Origin: an uncultured Clostridia bacterium
GTDB lineage: Bacteria > Bacillota > Clostridia > Christensenellales > CAG-138
Assembly: GCA_944366945.1 (NCBI GenBank)
Contig: CALVWJ010000002.1
Location: forward strand, 111,379 to 175,378
Direction: 5' to 3'
Length of the DNA: 64,000 nucleotides
The notes under the pieces are model-generated. The model saw nothing but the letters and a program-made list of their open reading frames with translations. It ran no database searches and had not been told where the DNA came from. The translations under genes were made by a program, and so were the position numbers. The number at the start of each line of letters is the position of its first letter. Within the stretch, counting starts at the first letter, position 1. Below are positions 21,063 to 31,317 of this stretch, in pieces.

Positions 21063-22706
21063 TCATTCACGATAATTGTCCGGCAGGTCGTTTTCAAACA
21101 GCACCACCGCGCCAGGCTCCGTATAAGCGGGGAGCTTCTCGGTTGCCTCTGCAAGCGATGTGGCGCGCACAATGCAGCTTTCTGGGAAGCCTGCCTCCCG
21201 CAAGCCTTCGCAGATGGGGTCGGCATGCCCTTTCCCAATCACGATTGCAATATCCACACACTGCGCCATATGCCGGCCGAATGCCTTATTAAGCTCCGCC
21301 TCTTCTGCGCCCAGCTCCACCATGCCGGGCGTAACGCAGATGCGCCTGCCTGCAAAGGAGGCTAGCACGTTGAGCGCCTCGCGCGACCCAACAGGGTTTG
21401 CATTGAACGCATCATCGATTACCGTTACCGCCCCTTGAATCAGCTGGAGGCGATGCTCTACAGGTTCAACTTTTGCGATCCCTTCTGCAATCTCGGGAAG
21501 CGTAAGCCCCAACCGGTAAGCGCAGGCAGCAGCCCCGGTTAAATTCACAATATTATGCCGCCCCAAAAGCTTCGTTTTGCATTGCACGACTTCCCCATCC
21601 GCTGCGCGGAGCGTAAACGTGCTTCCTTCCGGCCCAACCGCAATTTCCTCGGCCGCCAGGAAGAGGCCCTCTCCCTGCGTTCCAAACAGATATTTCTCCG
21701 GGAGTGCGCACCGGTTATACAGCGCCCGGCAGTTTTCATCGTCGCCGTTGAAAAAGCAGCAGCCATCCGGCCCGAGGCCCTCCATCAATTCGCCCTTGGT
21801 GGCAATCACGCCTTCGAGCGAACCAAAGGTTTCAAGGTGCTGTTTCCCAATCGCCGTGATGATGCCGAATTTCGGCTGAACCAGGCGGCACAGTTCCCGA
21901 ATATCGCCGCGATAGCGGGCGCCCATTTCCGCGATGAAGATTTCATGTTCATCAGAAAGTTGTTCACGGATTACCCGTGTAACACCCATGGGCGTGTTGA
22001 AACTGCCCGGAGTGAAAAGCACGTTGTGCTTTTGGGCGAGGATGGTGCCGAGCGCATATTTGGTCCCCGTTTTTCCGAAGCTTCCGGTGATGCCGATCTT
22101 CGTTACATCCGCCCGGGCAGCAAGTTTTTTCTTTGCGTCGTTAAAATACCAACGCTTTATAGCCGCTTCCAGCGGGTAGGTCACGCCGTAAGCCAAGAAC
22201 ACGAACAACGGCAGCAGCAAGCCTGGCAAATAGCGCACGAGGTTCTGGAGCAAAAACGTGCCCCACTGCATCGCGCCTGTATCAACGCGCACGATGAAAA
22301 AGGAACTCCCCGCAACCAGCGCCCCCAGCACAAATTCCGCTGCAAGCAACCGCTTCACGCGCCCGGTAAAGGCAAGAGGTTTGATCTGCTCACGCCGTTT
22401 ATAGCCAAGAAACAGGAGCAACTGCAAAATAAGATAGACGGCATCCGCTCCGATATAGCACACCTGCGCCAATACATACGACGTATTAAAAAGCATCGCA
22501 TAGCTGCACCGCAAAAGGAGCGCCGCCGCGCCCACAAGCAGATAGGGCATAACATCCGAAGCGAAATGCCGGCCAAGCCACTTTAGATACATCCTGCCCT
22601 GGTAGCTCTCCAATTGCAGCATATGCACAAGCGGGAGCGATGCGAGCACCAGCGCGCAGGCCGCGGCGGCAAGATATGCCCAGTTTGAAATCACATTCCA
22701 ATCCAA
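21063..22706 (-). CDS. murF: MurF-type ligase with N-terminal transmembrane region
   Basis: Several TM helices, QLESYQ, GITGSFGKT, SFNTPMG, EMGA, QHLETF, DDAFNANP, FENDLPDNY. Confidence 0.85.
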   Translation of the reverse strand: MDWNVISNWAYLAAAACALVLASLPLVHMLQLESYQGRMYLKWLGRHFASDVMPYLLVGAAALLLRCSYAMLFNTSYVLAQVCYIGADAVYLILQLLLFLGYKRREQIKPLAFTGRVKRLLAAEFVLGALVAGSSFFIVRVDTGAMQWGTFLLQNLVRYLPGLLLPLFVFLAYGVTYPLEAAIKRWYFNDAKKKLAARADVTKIGITGSFGKTGTKYALGTILAQKHNVLFTPGSFNTPMGVTRVIREQLSDEHEIFIAEMGARYRGDIRELCRLVQPKFGIITAIGKQHLETFGSLEGVIATKGELMEGLGPDGCCFFNGDDENCRALYNRCALPEKYLFGTQGEGLFLAAEEIAVGPEGSTFTLRAADGEVVQCKTKLLGRHNIVNLTGAAACAYRLGLTLPEIAEGIAKVEPVEHRLQLIQGAVTVIDDAFNANPVGSREALNVLASFAGRRICVTPGMVELGAEEAELNKAFGRHMAQCVDIAIVIGKGHADPICEGLREAGFPESCIVRATSLAEATEKLPAYTEPGAVVLFENDLPDNYRE

Positions 22707-22715
22707 TTCGTCACC

Positions 22716-23489
22716 TCAAGCGAAAAACGCTTTCATCACAGCGCAAAACTGCGCGTATTTCTCAGCATAGGAAAAATGTCCGGCTCCTTCGAGCACTGCA
22801 AGCCCCGCTCTCTTGATGCGCCGCTCCATCAGTTTGGCATCGGAAAGCGGCGTTGCAGTATCCCGGTCGCCCCAAACGAGCAGCGTCTCGTTTTCAATGC
22901 GCCCAAGCCGCCCTGTTAAGTCGAGATTGACAACGCGGGAAAACGTTGCGCGCATCACATCGCTGCGAAGCGCGCGATAATCTGCGCTACCGGCCTTTTT
23001 CTGCTTTTCGCTGAAATGGAGCAGCCGGTCGATCCATGCAAAGCGCGCGAGCCGTTTCGCAAGCTTATAGGAATATGTGCGCAAATAATAGCCAACCGTC
23101 CGTTTTGGGCGAATGCCCGCCGCGTCCACCAGCACAAGCCGGCGGAACAGTTTTGGATCCTCGGAAGCAAGCAAAATCGTAACCCTGCCCCCAAAGGAAT
23201 GGCAGATCAGATCGCACCCACGAAGTCCTTGCGCTTCCATAAACTTGCGCGTAAGCGCCGCATATTCCGGCACGCCCCATGGTTCCGGCGGCTCCGGGGT
23301 TTCCCCAAATCCGGGGAAATCCAGGGCAATGGCCGCCCGCCCCAATCCTGCCATGCAATTCATAATCGGGCGCACCGCTTCAATGTCGGCCCCCCAACCA
23401 TGCAGGATGAGCACCGGCTCCCCCTCTCCTATGCGATCATAATGGAGCTTTATGCCGTCGATTTCACAATACAATGCGTTCTGCTCCAT
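22716..23489 (-). CDS. Alpha/beta hydrolase
   Basis: LHGWG, DFPGFG, CHSFGG nucleophile elbow, GDRD, AGHF. Confidence 0.93.
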   Translation of the reverse strand: MEQNALYCEIDGIKLHYDRIGEGEPVLILHGWGADIEAVRPIMNCMAGLGRAAIALDFPGFGETPEPPEPWGVPEYAALTRKFMEAQGLRGCDLICHSFGGRVTILLASEDPKLFRRLVLVDAAGIRPKRTVGYYLRTYSYKLAKRLARFAWIDRLLHFSEKQKKAGSADYRALRSDVMRATFSRVVNLDLTGRLGRIENETLLVWGDRDTATPLSDAKLMERRIKRAGLAVLEGAGHFSYAEKYAQFCAVMKAFFA

Positions 23490-23492
23490 TTC

Positions 23493-24758
23493 TTATTTCT
23501 TTTTGAGGCTGCGGAATTTTTCCACATAACCTTCCTTGTTGTTTTGCCGGGCACGGGCAAACGCCATTGCGCCGGGGGGCACATCATGGGTAATCGTGGA
23601 GCCTGCTGCGGTGTAAGCCCCATCGCCTACCGTTACCGGTGCTACAAGGTTCGTCTGGCAGCCAAGGAATACGTTATCCCCCACTGTAGTGCGGTGCTTG
23701 GCATAACCGTCATAGTTTACGAATACGCATCCGCAGCCCACGTTTACGCCGCTTCCAATATCTGCATCTCCAATATAGGAAAGATGCGGGAGTTTGGTTC
23801 CCTGTCCCACATTGGAGTTCTTGACTTCAACAAAATCACCGATCTTGCAGCCATCCGCTATGCGCGTGCCCGGGCGGAGGTTCACAAATGGCCCAGCTGT
23901 AATGCCTGCACCCAGCTCCGCTTGATTTGCAACAACATAAGTAAGCGTGCAGCCATCCCCCACGCGCGTATCGGTGAGCTGGCAGCCACCTTTAATAACG
24001 CATTTTGCGCCGATCTCGGTTTTTCCCGCAAGCACAACATTGGGCCAAAGCACGGTATCCTGGCCAATGAGCACATCCGCGCCAATGGAAACCGAAGCCG
24101 GATCCAGCATGGTGACGCCATTTTCAAAGTGACGCTGCACGATGGCTGCATTCGCAAGGGATTCGCACAGGCTCAAAGTCCTCCGGTCCACTACGGCAGG
24201 CATGGATGTTTCCGCTACCATCAGCGCATGCGCTTCCACGCCAAGTGCGCGCATGGCGTTTACCCATTCCTCCAACGGATCCTCCGGCGCACACCGCTGG
24301 GCAGCCTGCTTTAAAAGCGCCGCCTCACAGCAGTATATGCCGCATGCATGCATCTCTGCCGTATCTTCATCCGCATAGGTGAGCATCGCAGCCCGGTCGC
24401 GTTGAGCGGCCTGCATGACCGCCTCCAAATATGCTTGATCCACAAGCGGCAAGTTGCCGCAAAGCACAAGGACAAGCGCATCCCCCTCCGGGAGCAGCCC
24501 GCATCCTCGCTGCAAGGCGTCCGCTTCGCCGATGGGTTCCGGCTGCACCGCATAGCGGGCGCGTTCGCCCACATGTGCTGCAATTTCTTGCCCCGGCCTG
24601 TCTACAATCACCGGCGGCATTTTTATGCAGCTTTCCATCTCCCCAAGCATCCAATCTATGATCGGCCGGCCTGCCACCGCGTGCAGAGCGGTTGGCGTTT
24701 CAGAATGCATCCGGCTGCCGCGTCCGGCTGCCAGGATTATTGCTGTTTCTGCCTTCAT
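23493..24758 (-). CDS. glmU: GlmU-like protein with intact acetyltransferase and degenerate uridyltransferase domain
   Basis: LAAGRGSRM; hexapeptide repeats; PHLSYIGDA, NYDGYAKH, AAGSTIT. Confidence 0.85.
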   Translation of the reverse strand: MKAETAIILAAGRGSRMHSETPTALHAVAGRPIIDWMLGEMESCIKMPPVIVDRPGQEIAAHVGERARYAVQPEPIGEADALQRGCGLLPEGDALVLVLCGNLPLVDQAYLEAVMQAAQRDRAAMLTYADEDTAEMHACGIYCCEAALLKQAAQRCAPEDPLEEWVNAMRALGVEAHALMVAETSMPAVVDRRTLSLCESLANAAIVQRHFENGVTMLDPASVSIGADVLIGQDTVLWPNVVLAGKTEIGAKCVIKGGCQLTDTRVGDGCTLTYVVANQAELGAGITAGPFVNLRPGTRIADGCKIGDFVEVKNSNVGQGTKLPHLSYIGDADIGSGVNVGCGCVFVNYDGYAKHRTTVGDNVFLGCQTNLVAPVTVGDGAYTAAGSTITHDVPPGAMAFARARQNNKEGYVEKFRSLKKK

Positions 24759-24874
24759 GGCATTCCTTTCCCTTTGCTCATGCAAAGCTCACATTTTTTA
24801 TTGTAAGTTTTTCCGCATTCCCCTGTCAAGGCAAGCGGCGATTGCATACAAGTATATTTCTGTTCGCTTAAGCC

Positions 24875-25348
24875 TCAAGCGTCTTGCTGCTGTTGCGCAG
24901 GCAATTCTGCCGTGCAATGCGGGCACCGCGTTGCTTTTGCATGGATTTCACCAAAGCAGTAAGGGCAAAGGCGCGGCTTCTCTGCGGGAGCAGGCATATC
25001 CTTTCTGCTTTTTTTAGGCAGCGCGCGCAGGCTGTTGATTCCCTTCACCATGAGGAAGATGCACAAAGCCATAATAAGGAAATCCAGCACAGCCGTTAGG
25101 AAGGATCCATAAGCGAAGCATGCCGCGCCTGCCTCCTTTGCGGCGGCAAGCGAAGGATATTGGCCGCCATCAAACGCGATAAAAAGGTTGGAAAAATCCA
25201 ATCCTCCCGTCAGCAGGCTGACCAGCGGCATGAAAAGATCATTTACGGCAGAAGATACAATCTGGCCAAATGCGCCGCCGATCATCACGCCAACGGCCAT
25301 ATCCACCACATTGCCCTTGAATGCAAATTGTTTAAATTCCTTAAACAC
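24875..25348 (-). CDS. mscL: Large-conductance mechanosensitive channel with C-terminal zinc ribbon
   Basis: EFKQFAFKGNVVDMAVGV, YGSFL; CPYC...CPHC tail. Confidence 0.93.
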   Translation of the reverse strand: MFKEFKQFAFKGNVVDMAVGVMIGGAFGQIVSSAVNDLFMPLVSLLTGGLDFSNLFIAFDGGQYPSLAAAKEAGAACFAYGSFLTAVLDFLIMALCIFLMVKGINSLRALPKKSRKDMPAPAEKPRLCPYCFGEIHAKATRCPHCTAELPAQQQQDA

Positions 25349-25492
25349 AGTTCTCCCTCGCTATTTTATTCCATGATACTATACCACCATGCACTGTGCG
25401 AAACAAGAAATGCACAGAAAGTTCATTTGCTTCCTGCAATGCAAAACGTTATAATGAATTAAATTGAAAGGTTCCTTTGGGAGGAATTTTAG

Positions 25493-26863
25493 TTGTTTAC
25501 ATTGGAAACGCTGGTTTTGTTGACCGTACTTGCCATCACCACAGCATGCTTTTTATTTATGCAAAGGCGCCGGGGCGCCTCAAAGCCGCGGCTTGTATGT
25601 ACCGCGTTTTTTTTCCTGTCTCTCTTTGGTGCGTATCTGTTAAAGCTTCAGAATACCGCGCCTGCAGTAAATACCCCAATCCCGCTCTACAAGCTTTTTT
25701 CCATTAACGAATATGGATATAAGGGGATTTTCAACGACTTAATCGCCTATGCGATCCCGTTCCTCGCAGCTGGCTTGTTCCTTGCACCGGCGTTCCCTTC
25801 GTGCGGCCTTTTTGCTGCGTTGCTTGTTGGCGTTGGTGCCTCGCTGCTTTTGAACCTGTACCCCTTGTTTAACGACGCACCGTTTATCGCAGATGAATAT
25901 TTGTTTGCCGGCTTCGGCTGCATGGCGGGCTATAGCGTCTATGTGCTGCTGACTGCGCTGTTGAAAAAAACCGGTTTTCCGGAGCGCTTCAACCTCATTA
26001 AGCCCTCAAAGCGGGCGCGCATCGCAGCATTTTTGTATTTGGCAGCATTGTATTTTGGGATTGCGTTTGTGATGATTCTGGATCATGGCGAAACCTATGC
26101 GCCAATTCAATTTTTTGAAAGCGAAACGCCGCTTCCCCAGACGATGGCCTTGAACTGCACGCTCAGCACGGAAACTGCAAAAGCAAGCATTTATGGCCCT
26201 TCCACTCAATCCGCATACGAACGGGCTTGCGCAATCGCGCTTGCCCTTGGAGTAGATGCTCCATTCACATCAAGCGGCAATGTTTATACTGCACAAACGG
26301 ATTCTGCGAGCTTTACAATGACGGAAAGTGGAAGCTGGACCTATGACCTCCTTGCGGAGCCCACGGGAAGCCTTCCTACCGAAGTGGAAGCGATCAAAGC
26401 GGTTTTCGATCTTTTTAACAGCAAAACGCTCCTCACCGTATCGCTTGATACGGTAACGGATGTCGTTTCCCGCCACGATGAAAATGCAGTGTCAATAGGG
26501 TATGATGTCTACCTTTCCACCGCAGTTGAAGGGCATCCCATCATCGGTTCTTCTTCGCTGGTGGTGTCCGTGCGCGCAGGTTCCGTCATTACAAAAATCC
26601 GCCGCTACGATGGCGATATCCTTCCCATTACGCAAACGCAGATTATCTCGCAACAACGCGCTTATGAAAAAATGGAAAGCGGAGATTGCGCCTATACGCT
26701 TTTCACCCCTGCGGTTTCAGCCACCATCAATAATTGTTATCTTTCCTATATGGCAAATAGCTCACAAGGCTATTACCTTCCAGTTTGGGTTTTCTCATGC
26801 ACTGCCACTCTTGAGGATGGTACACGCTCTGCCTTCGATGTTTATGTGGAAGCAATGCGCTAA
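25493..26863 (+). CDS. Multi-pass membrane protein (VanZ-like N-terminus) with extracellular C-terminal domain
   Basis: Multiple TM helices, then a soluble domain ending GYYLPVWVF; the VanZ assignment is tentative. Confidence 0.6.
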   Translation: MFTLETLVLLTVLAITTACFLFMQRRRGASKPRLVCTAFFFLSLFGAYLLKLQNTAPAVNTPIPLYKLFSINEYGYKGIFNDLIAYAIPFLAAGLFLAPAFPSCGLFAALLVGVGASLLLNLYPLFNDAPFIADEYLFAGFGCMAGYSVYVLLTALLKKTGFPERFNLIKPSKRARIAAFLYLAALYFGIAFVMILDHGETYAPIQFFESETPLPQTMALNCTLSTETAKASIYGPSTQSAYERACAIALALGVDAPFTSSGNVYTAQTDSASFTMTESGSWTYDLLAEPTGSLPTEVEAIKAVFDLFNSKTLLTVSLDTVTDVVSRHDENAVSIGYDVYLSTAVEGHPIIGSSSLVVSVRAGSVITKIRRYDGDILPITQTQIISQQRAYEKMESGDCAYTLFTPAVSATINNCYLSYMANSSQGYYLPVWVFSCTATLEDGTRSAFDVYVEAMR

Positions 26864-27310
26864 ACTAATAACCGCTTCAGCTTAAATACTACCCTGCCAG
26901 CAGATCCCTTTCCCTATTGTATACGCTTTGTGATTGGATATAGTATTGCCCTGTCAGCCTTCGTTTTACATCTTACATCGATCAATATTGATCTTTTATC
27001 TGATAGCTTAGTTTGCCCCATTAATCAAAACCTAAGCCTTATATTTCGTGCTTTTTCTTTGCATTTCGCCCTGCAAGCGTTGCGCTATAAATGCAAACAT
27101 TGTTAATTGTGCGGACAACGTATAGAAAACTGCCGTAGTACCAGGCAGTTTGTTCCATGATGGAAGCGGATATTTTAAATTTGCAAATATCCATTCAAAA
27201 CGCATTTGGTTTCATGGAATTCGATACGCGCCCTATTATTTCGGATTCTGCTTTTGCTAGGCTGATAGAGACACAACCATACCCACATGGGAGACGTTTT
27301 CTAAGCCTAT

Positions 27311-27348
27311 AAAAAGTCGGAATCCAAACGATTAGTTTGGATTCCGAC
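27311..27348 (-). terminator. Terminator after tRNA-Arg(CCG)
   Basis: Perfect 14-bp stem GTCGGAATCCAAAC/GTTTGGATTCCGAC with a T tract on the minus strand. Confidence 0.8.
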
Positions 27349-27359
27349 CCTTGTTCAAT

Positions 27360-27436
27360 TGGCGTACCCAAAAGGATTCGAACCTTCGGCCTTCAGAGTC
27401 GGAGTCTGACGCTCTATCCAGCTGAGCTATGGGTAC
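27360..27436 (-). tRNA. tRNA-Arg(CCG)
   Basis: Anticodon arm TCAGA-CTCCGAC-TCTGA; CCA end. Confidence 0.95.
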
Positions 27437-27501
27437 ACTATATTCTTTTTGGTTTTGCTGATCAGTTACAACACATGTTCAACTGCACCATAACCTAAAT
27501 T

Positions 27502-27529
27502 ATTATAGCACATCCATTGGGAGATGCAA
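27502..27529 (-). promoter_or_regulatory. Promoter of tRNA-Arg(CCG)
   Basis: TTGCAT-16 nt-TATAAT with TG extension. Confidence 0.65.
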
Positions 27530-27539
27530 GGCCTTTCGC

Positions 27540-28886
27540 TCATTTTCCCGATTTCGTTAAAAGGCGAACGGCATCTGCAAGCGTTGCAACCGGAAAGTAT
27601 GCTACGCCATCCAAACGCGGGAGCTTGCCGCCTTTGGGGACAATGAGGTTTGTATATCCTAGGCGCACGCACTCGCTGATGCGTTTATCCAGCCTGCTCA
27701 CAGAGCGCACTTCACCGGTGAGCGCAATCTCGCCAATGCATGCGGTCCCTCCAGGAAGCGCCACTTCGAGCAAAGCGGATGCAATGCACATTGCAGCTGC
27801 AAGATCGCTTGCCCGCTCTTCCAGCCGGATGCCACCTACTACATTGGCATAAACATCCTGGTTTGAAAGCGAAAGAAACGCTTTCTTTTCCAGCACGGCG
27901 AGCAGCAGGATCAAGCGGTTTCCATCCATGCCGGCCGCCATGCGGCGCGGATTGTTAAATGCCGAAGGCGAAATAAGCGCCTGGATTTCCACAAGCATGG
28001 GCCGTGTGCCTTCCATCGCGCAGGTTACAGCGCACCCGGGCGCCTGCGTGCCAGAGAGGAAGATGCAGGAAGGATCCGTGATCTCCGCCATGCCGGTATC
28101 GCGCATCTCAAATACGCCGATCTCGTCCGTAGAGCCGAACCGGTTTTTCACAGCACGCAGCAGGCGGAACGCATCATGCCGGTCGCCTTCAAAATACAGC
28201 ACCGTATCCACCATATGCTCCAGCACCCGCGGGCCAGCCAGCGCGCCTTCTTTTGTTACATGGCCCACGATAAATACGGCGCAGGAAAGCCCTTTTGCGA
28301 TGTGCGTAAAAAGCGTGGTAGCCTCGCGCACCTGCGTGACTGATCCCGGGGCACTGGCGATTTCCTGCGAAGTCATGGTTTGAATCGAATCAATCATAAG
28401 GAAAGCGGGGTGCGTTCGGGAAACTTCCGCTTCAATCACCGCAAGGTCGGTTTCCGCAAGGATTAGCATCTCCCCTGTTACGCCGAGGCGTTCTGCGCGC
28501 AGTTTTAGCTGTGCCGCGGACTCTTCACCTGTAACATAAAGCACGGTCCCCCGTTGCGCGAGGTGGGCGGCAGTCTGCATCAGAAGCGTCGATTTTCCAA
28601 TGCCGGGATCGCCTCCCAGCAGCACCGTGGATCCCGCGACCACGCCGCCGCCCAGCACGCGATCCAGCTCTGCCATGCCGGTGGAAATGCGGCGGGCGCC
28701 TTCTGCTTCCACCTGCGAAAGTGGCAATGCACGCGAGGACGCAGAGATGCGCCGGGCTAAGGCAGGGGCTGGCTCCGCTTCAACCATGGTATTCCAGCTG
28801 TTGCAATTGGGGCAGCGCCCCATCCATTTGCCGCTTTCATAGCCGCATTCCCCGCAGATATACACGGTTTTCGGTCCTTTTGCCAC
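27540..28886 (-). CDS. radA: DNA repair protein RadA/Sms
   Basis: CGECG...CPNC, GDPGIGKS, KNRFG, Lon-like C-terminus. Confidence 0.97.
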   Translation of the reverse strand: MAKGPKTVYICGECGYESGKWMGRCPNCNSWNTMVEAEPAPALARRISASSRALPLSQVEAEGARRISTGMAELDRVLGGGVVAGSTVLLGGDPGIGKSTLLMQTAAHLAQRGTVLYVTGEESAAQLKLRAERLGVTGEMLILAETDLAVIEAEVSRTHPAFLMIDSIQTMTSQEIASAPGSVTQVREATTLFTHIAKGLSCAVFIVGHVTKEGALAGPRVLEHMVDTVLYFEGDRHDAFRLLRAVKNRFGSTDEIGVFEMRDTGMAEITDPSCIFLSGTQAPGCAVTCAMEGTRPMLVEIQALISPSAFNNPRRMAAGMDGNRLILLLAVLEKKAFLSLSNQDVYANVVGGIRLEERASDLAAAMCIASALLEVALPGGTACIGEIALTGEVRSVSRLDKRISECVRLGYTNLIVPKGGKLPRLDGVAYFPVATLADAVRLLTKSGK

Positions 28887-28941
28887 GGGTTCCTCCTTTC
28901 ATGCAAAGGGGCCGGCAATCCGGCCGGCCCGCCTACGATCC

Positions 28942-30141
28942 TTATGGGATGGCGGCGAATTTCATGATATCGCGCGCACGCGTTGTCACGTCCATCCAGA
29001 TGACCTTATCATCCGAAACGCCAAGGAATTGCGCCATTTCTTGATCGGAAGATATCAGATACGAGCGTCCATTGTCAAACATATATACCCAAATGGCTTC
29101 ATCCTTTGAATAGGCCACAAAATGGCTCCCAAGGCCAAACTCCACTACACCCTCTGCGATCTTGACGGGTTCGCCTCCGTCTTTGGAATAATACAGCCCG
29201 CAATCCGGCGCATGATGGCTATCCAGCCAAACGGAATAGGTGCCATCGCACTCCGGATCATGCACATATGTCCCCGGAGAATAGGCGCGCACCGTGGAAG
29301 AAGATAAACGGATGGAATAGATCACGCTCGTATCCGCCCCCGTACCTGTTGCGTTCTCCGCATCGGCCCAGCAAAGGAGGCCATCCCGCAGGGAAGGGAG
29401 ACTTTGGCCATACACGGAATTGCTGAACATGTTGAGGGTGGTTGTTTCCAGGGTGTTGAGATCGCACACAAAAAGCTTGTCCATCCGCGTTCCTGTGCGC
29501 TCAATCCAGGCGACATAGTCCCCATCGAGCATTGGCTCCGGCTGCCCGGTATACACCTCTTTGATGATTACGGGATCCGCATTGGGGTCGGTTAAATCAT
29601 ACGCCATTAAAAATCCGCCCCCATCGAGCTTCGCATCCAGGTAAATCAGCCATTCGCTGTTAAACTTGGGGAACATGAAATGCGCATTTTGCAGCGTTAT
29701 GGGTACCTGCTCCGCCGTGCGCGTTTCCGGATAATAAAAGTACAGGTCCTGCATCACAGCATAGGAATCCACGAGCTTCCCCGCAGAAAACACCATTACG
29801 CCATCATAAAAATATGGGTCGCCAAACCATTTATAATCGCCCGAGTTGGAGAACACAACTTCGTTTTGCGCCTCCGCCGCGTTAAAAGAGGACATAGGAT
29901 GCGGCGTTGGGGTAGGCGCCAGGGTTGGACTTGGCGTAGGTGTAGGCATAAATGGCGCACGATAATCCACGCCGACAAGCGGAAGGAGCTGCGGCAATGC
30001 AACGTATACGATTAAAGCGATTACGGCAATTATCCCAAGCACCGTCCCCGAAAGCGCAAGGATGGGCCCCCAGTTGCTCGCGCGCAGGCTCGAGCGGCGG
30101 CGTTTGATTCTGCGCCGATTGCGCCGGCTGTAACGCTTCAT
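28942..30141 (-). CDS. Membrane-anchored protein with Arg-rich N-terminus, PT linker and probable beta-propeller
   Basis: MKRYSRRNRRRIKRRR, TM helix, PTPTPSPT, repeated blades (YVAW, YSVW, KVIW). Confidence 0.7.
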   Translation of the reverse strand: MKRYSRRNRRRIKRRRSSLRASNWGPILALSGTVLGIIAVIALIVYVALPQLLPLVGVDYRAPFMPTPTPSPTLAPTPTPHPMSSFNAAEAQNEVVFSNSGDYKWFGDPYFYDGVMVFSAGKLVDSYAVMQDLYFYYPETRTAEQVPITLQNAHFMFPKFNSEWLIYLDAKLDGGGFLMAYDLTDPNADPVIIKEVYTGQPEPMLDGDYVAWIERTGTRMDKLFVCDLNTLETTTLNMFSNSVYGQSLPSLRDGLLCWADAENATGTGADTSVIYSIRLSSSTVRAYSPGTYVHDPECDGTYSVWLDSHHAPDCGLYYSKDGGEPVKIAEGVVEFGLGSHFVAYSKDEAIWVYMFDNGRSYLISSDQEMAQFLGVSDDKVIWMDVTTRARDIMKFAAIP

Positions 30142-30269
30142 GTCAAATTTCCCCGAATTTAGAATTGTATTCATTATAGCATAGCCCGCGCGCAACATTC
30201 AATGCGAGCAAATGTGAATAATCTTTTCTTATATAGCATGTGCGTGGCTGCGCATGCTATAATTTTTGT

Positions 30270-31211
30270 ATGAAAAAACAGGTAAACCACATTCTTTTGC
30301 TCGTTCTATGCTTGGCGTTTGGAGTCACGCTGCTTTCGAGCTGCGCGCAGGATAGCTCCCCACAGGTGCTCGACCTTTCGCCTTCCCCTACCCTGCTGCC
30401 AAGTGCAGCGCCGCTTCCTTCCGCTCCGCAGGCTGCAACCGCATTGCACCTTTGGCTCATCAATACCGGAGAAAGCGATGCGCTGCTGTTCCAGACCGAT
30501 TCGGGTTCATTTATGATCGATACCGGGCTCAAAGGGCGGTTTGATGCGGTGGAAGAAACCCTTTCGCGCGCCGGGATTGCATCGCTTGATGCCGTCATTT
30601 TAACCCATGGACACAAGGACCATATTGGCGGGCTGAAAAAGCTTCTCAAGCGCTGCACGGTTGGGACGATTTATACCGCCGCGATAGACGATGAAACGTA
30701 CTCCGATTCCGAGCTGGAAACCATCCATGAATCCGGCGCGGAGCATGTGCTGCTCCAAAAAGGTGATGTTTTCACGCTGTGCGGCATTTCCTTTTCCGTT
30801 CTTTCGCCGGAGCGCAAATATATTGAAGACCTTGGCGAGGACGATAACAATAACTCCCTTGTGCTGCGTGCAGAAGCAGCGGGCTGCTCGCTTCTTTTGA
30901 TGGGCGATGCAACGGAAACCATTGAGCAGATCCTGCTGCGCGAAGGGGTTTCCCTTGCTGCGGATCTTCTCAAGGCCGGGCATCATGGCAAAGACGACGC
31001 TTCAAGCGCCGCTTTCCTTGCAGCGGTCTCCCCGCGCATCGCGCTTCTTACGGGCAGCCACAGCGATGGCGACACCTCACCATCCGAGGCGGTGCTTGCG
31101 CGTTTTGCTGCGCTTGGCACAACGGTGTACACCAACGACACGGAATTGCTCGCCCTTGAGCTTATCATAAGCGCCCCCGATTCGATCGAAGCAGTTGAAC
31201 ATGCATGGTAA
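30270..31211 (+). CDS. ComEC/Rec2-type MBL-fold hydrolase lipoprotein
   Basis: Lipobox LLSSC, NTGESDA, THGHKDH, NNNSLV, MGDA, AGHHG. Confidence 0.85.
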   Translation: MKKQVNHILLLVLCLAFGVTLLSSCAQDSSPQVLDLSPSPTLLPSAAPLPSAPQAATALHLWLINTGESDALLFQTDSGSFMIDTGLKGRFDAVEETLSRAGIASLDAVILTHGHKDHIGGLKKLLKRCTVGTIYTAAIDDETYSDSELETIHESGAEHVLLQKGDVFTLCGISFSVLSPERKYIEDLGEDDNNNSLVLRAEAAGCSLLLMGDATETIEQILLREGVSLAADLLKAGHHGKDDASSAAFLAAVSPRIALLTGSHSDGDTSPSEAVLARFAALGTTVYTNDTELLALELIISAPDSIEAVEHAW

Positions 31212-31317
31212 AAAAAGTTGAATCCTGCCGGTGCGCTATGCTATGATGATAGCGTTTTGACGGGTATGCCACGGCATTCCCTGTTTGTTCAACTTGTTTT
31301 TGAAAGGTATTGCTTCG

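Noticed and set aside
27511-27522. 12-bp match CATCCATTGGGA shared with the hairpin near 4826
   Set aside because: Too short to exceed chance in 64 kb; different contexts
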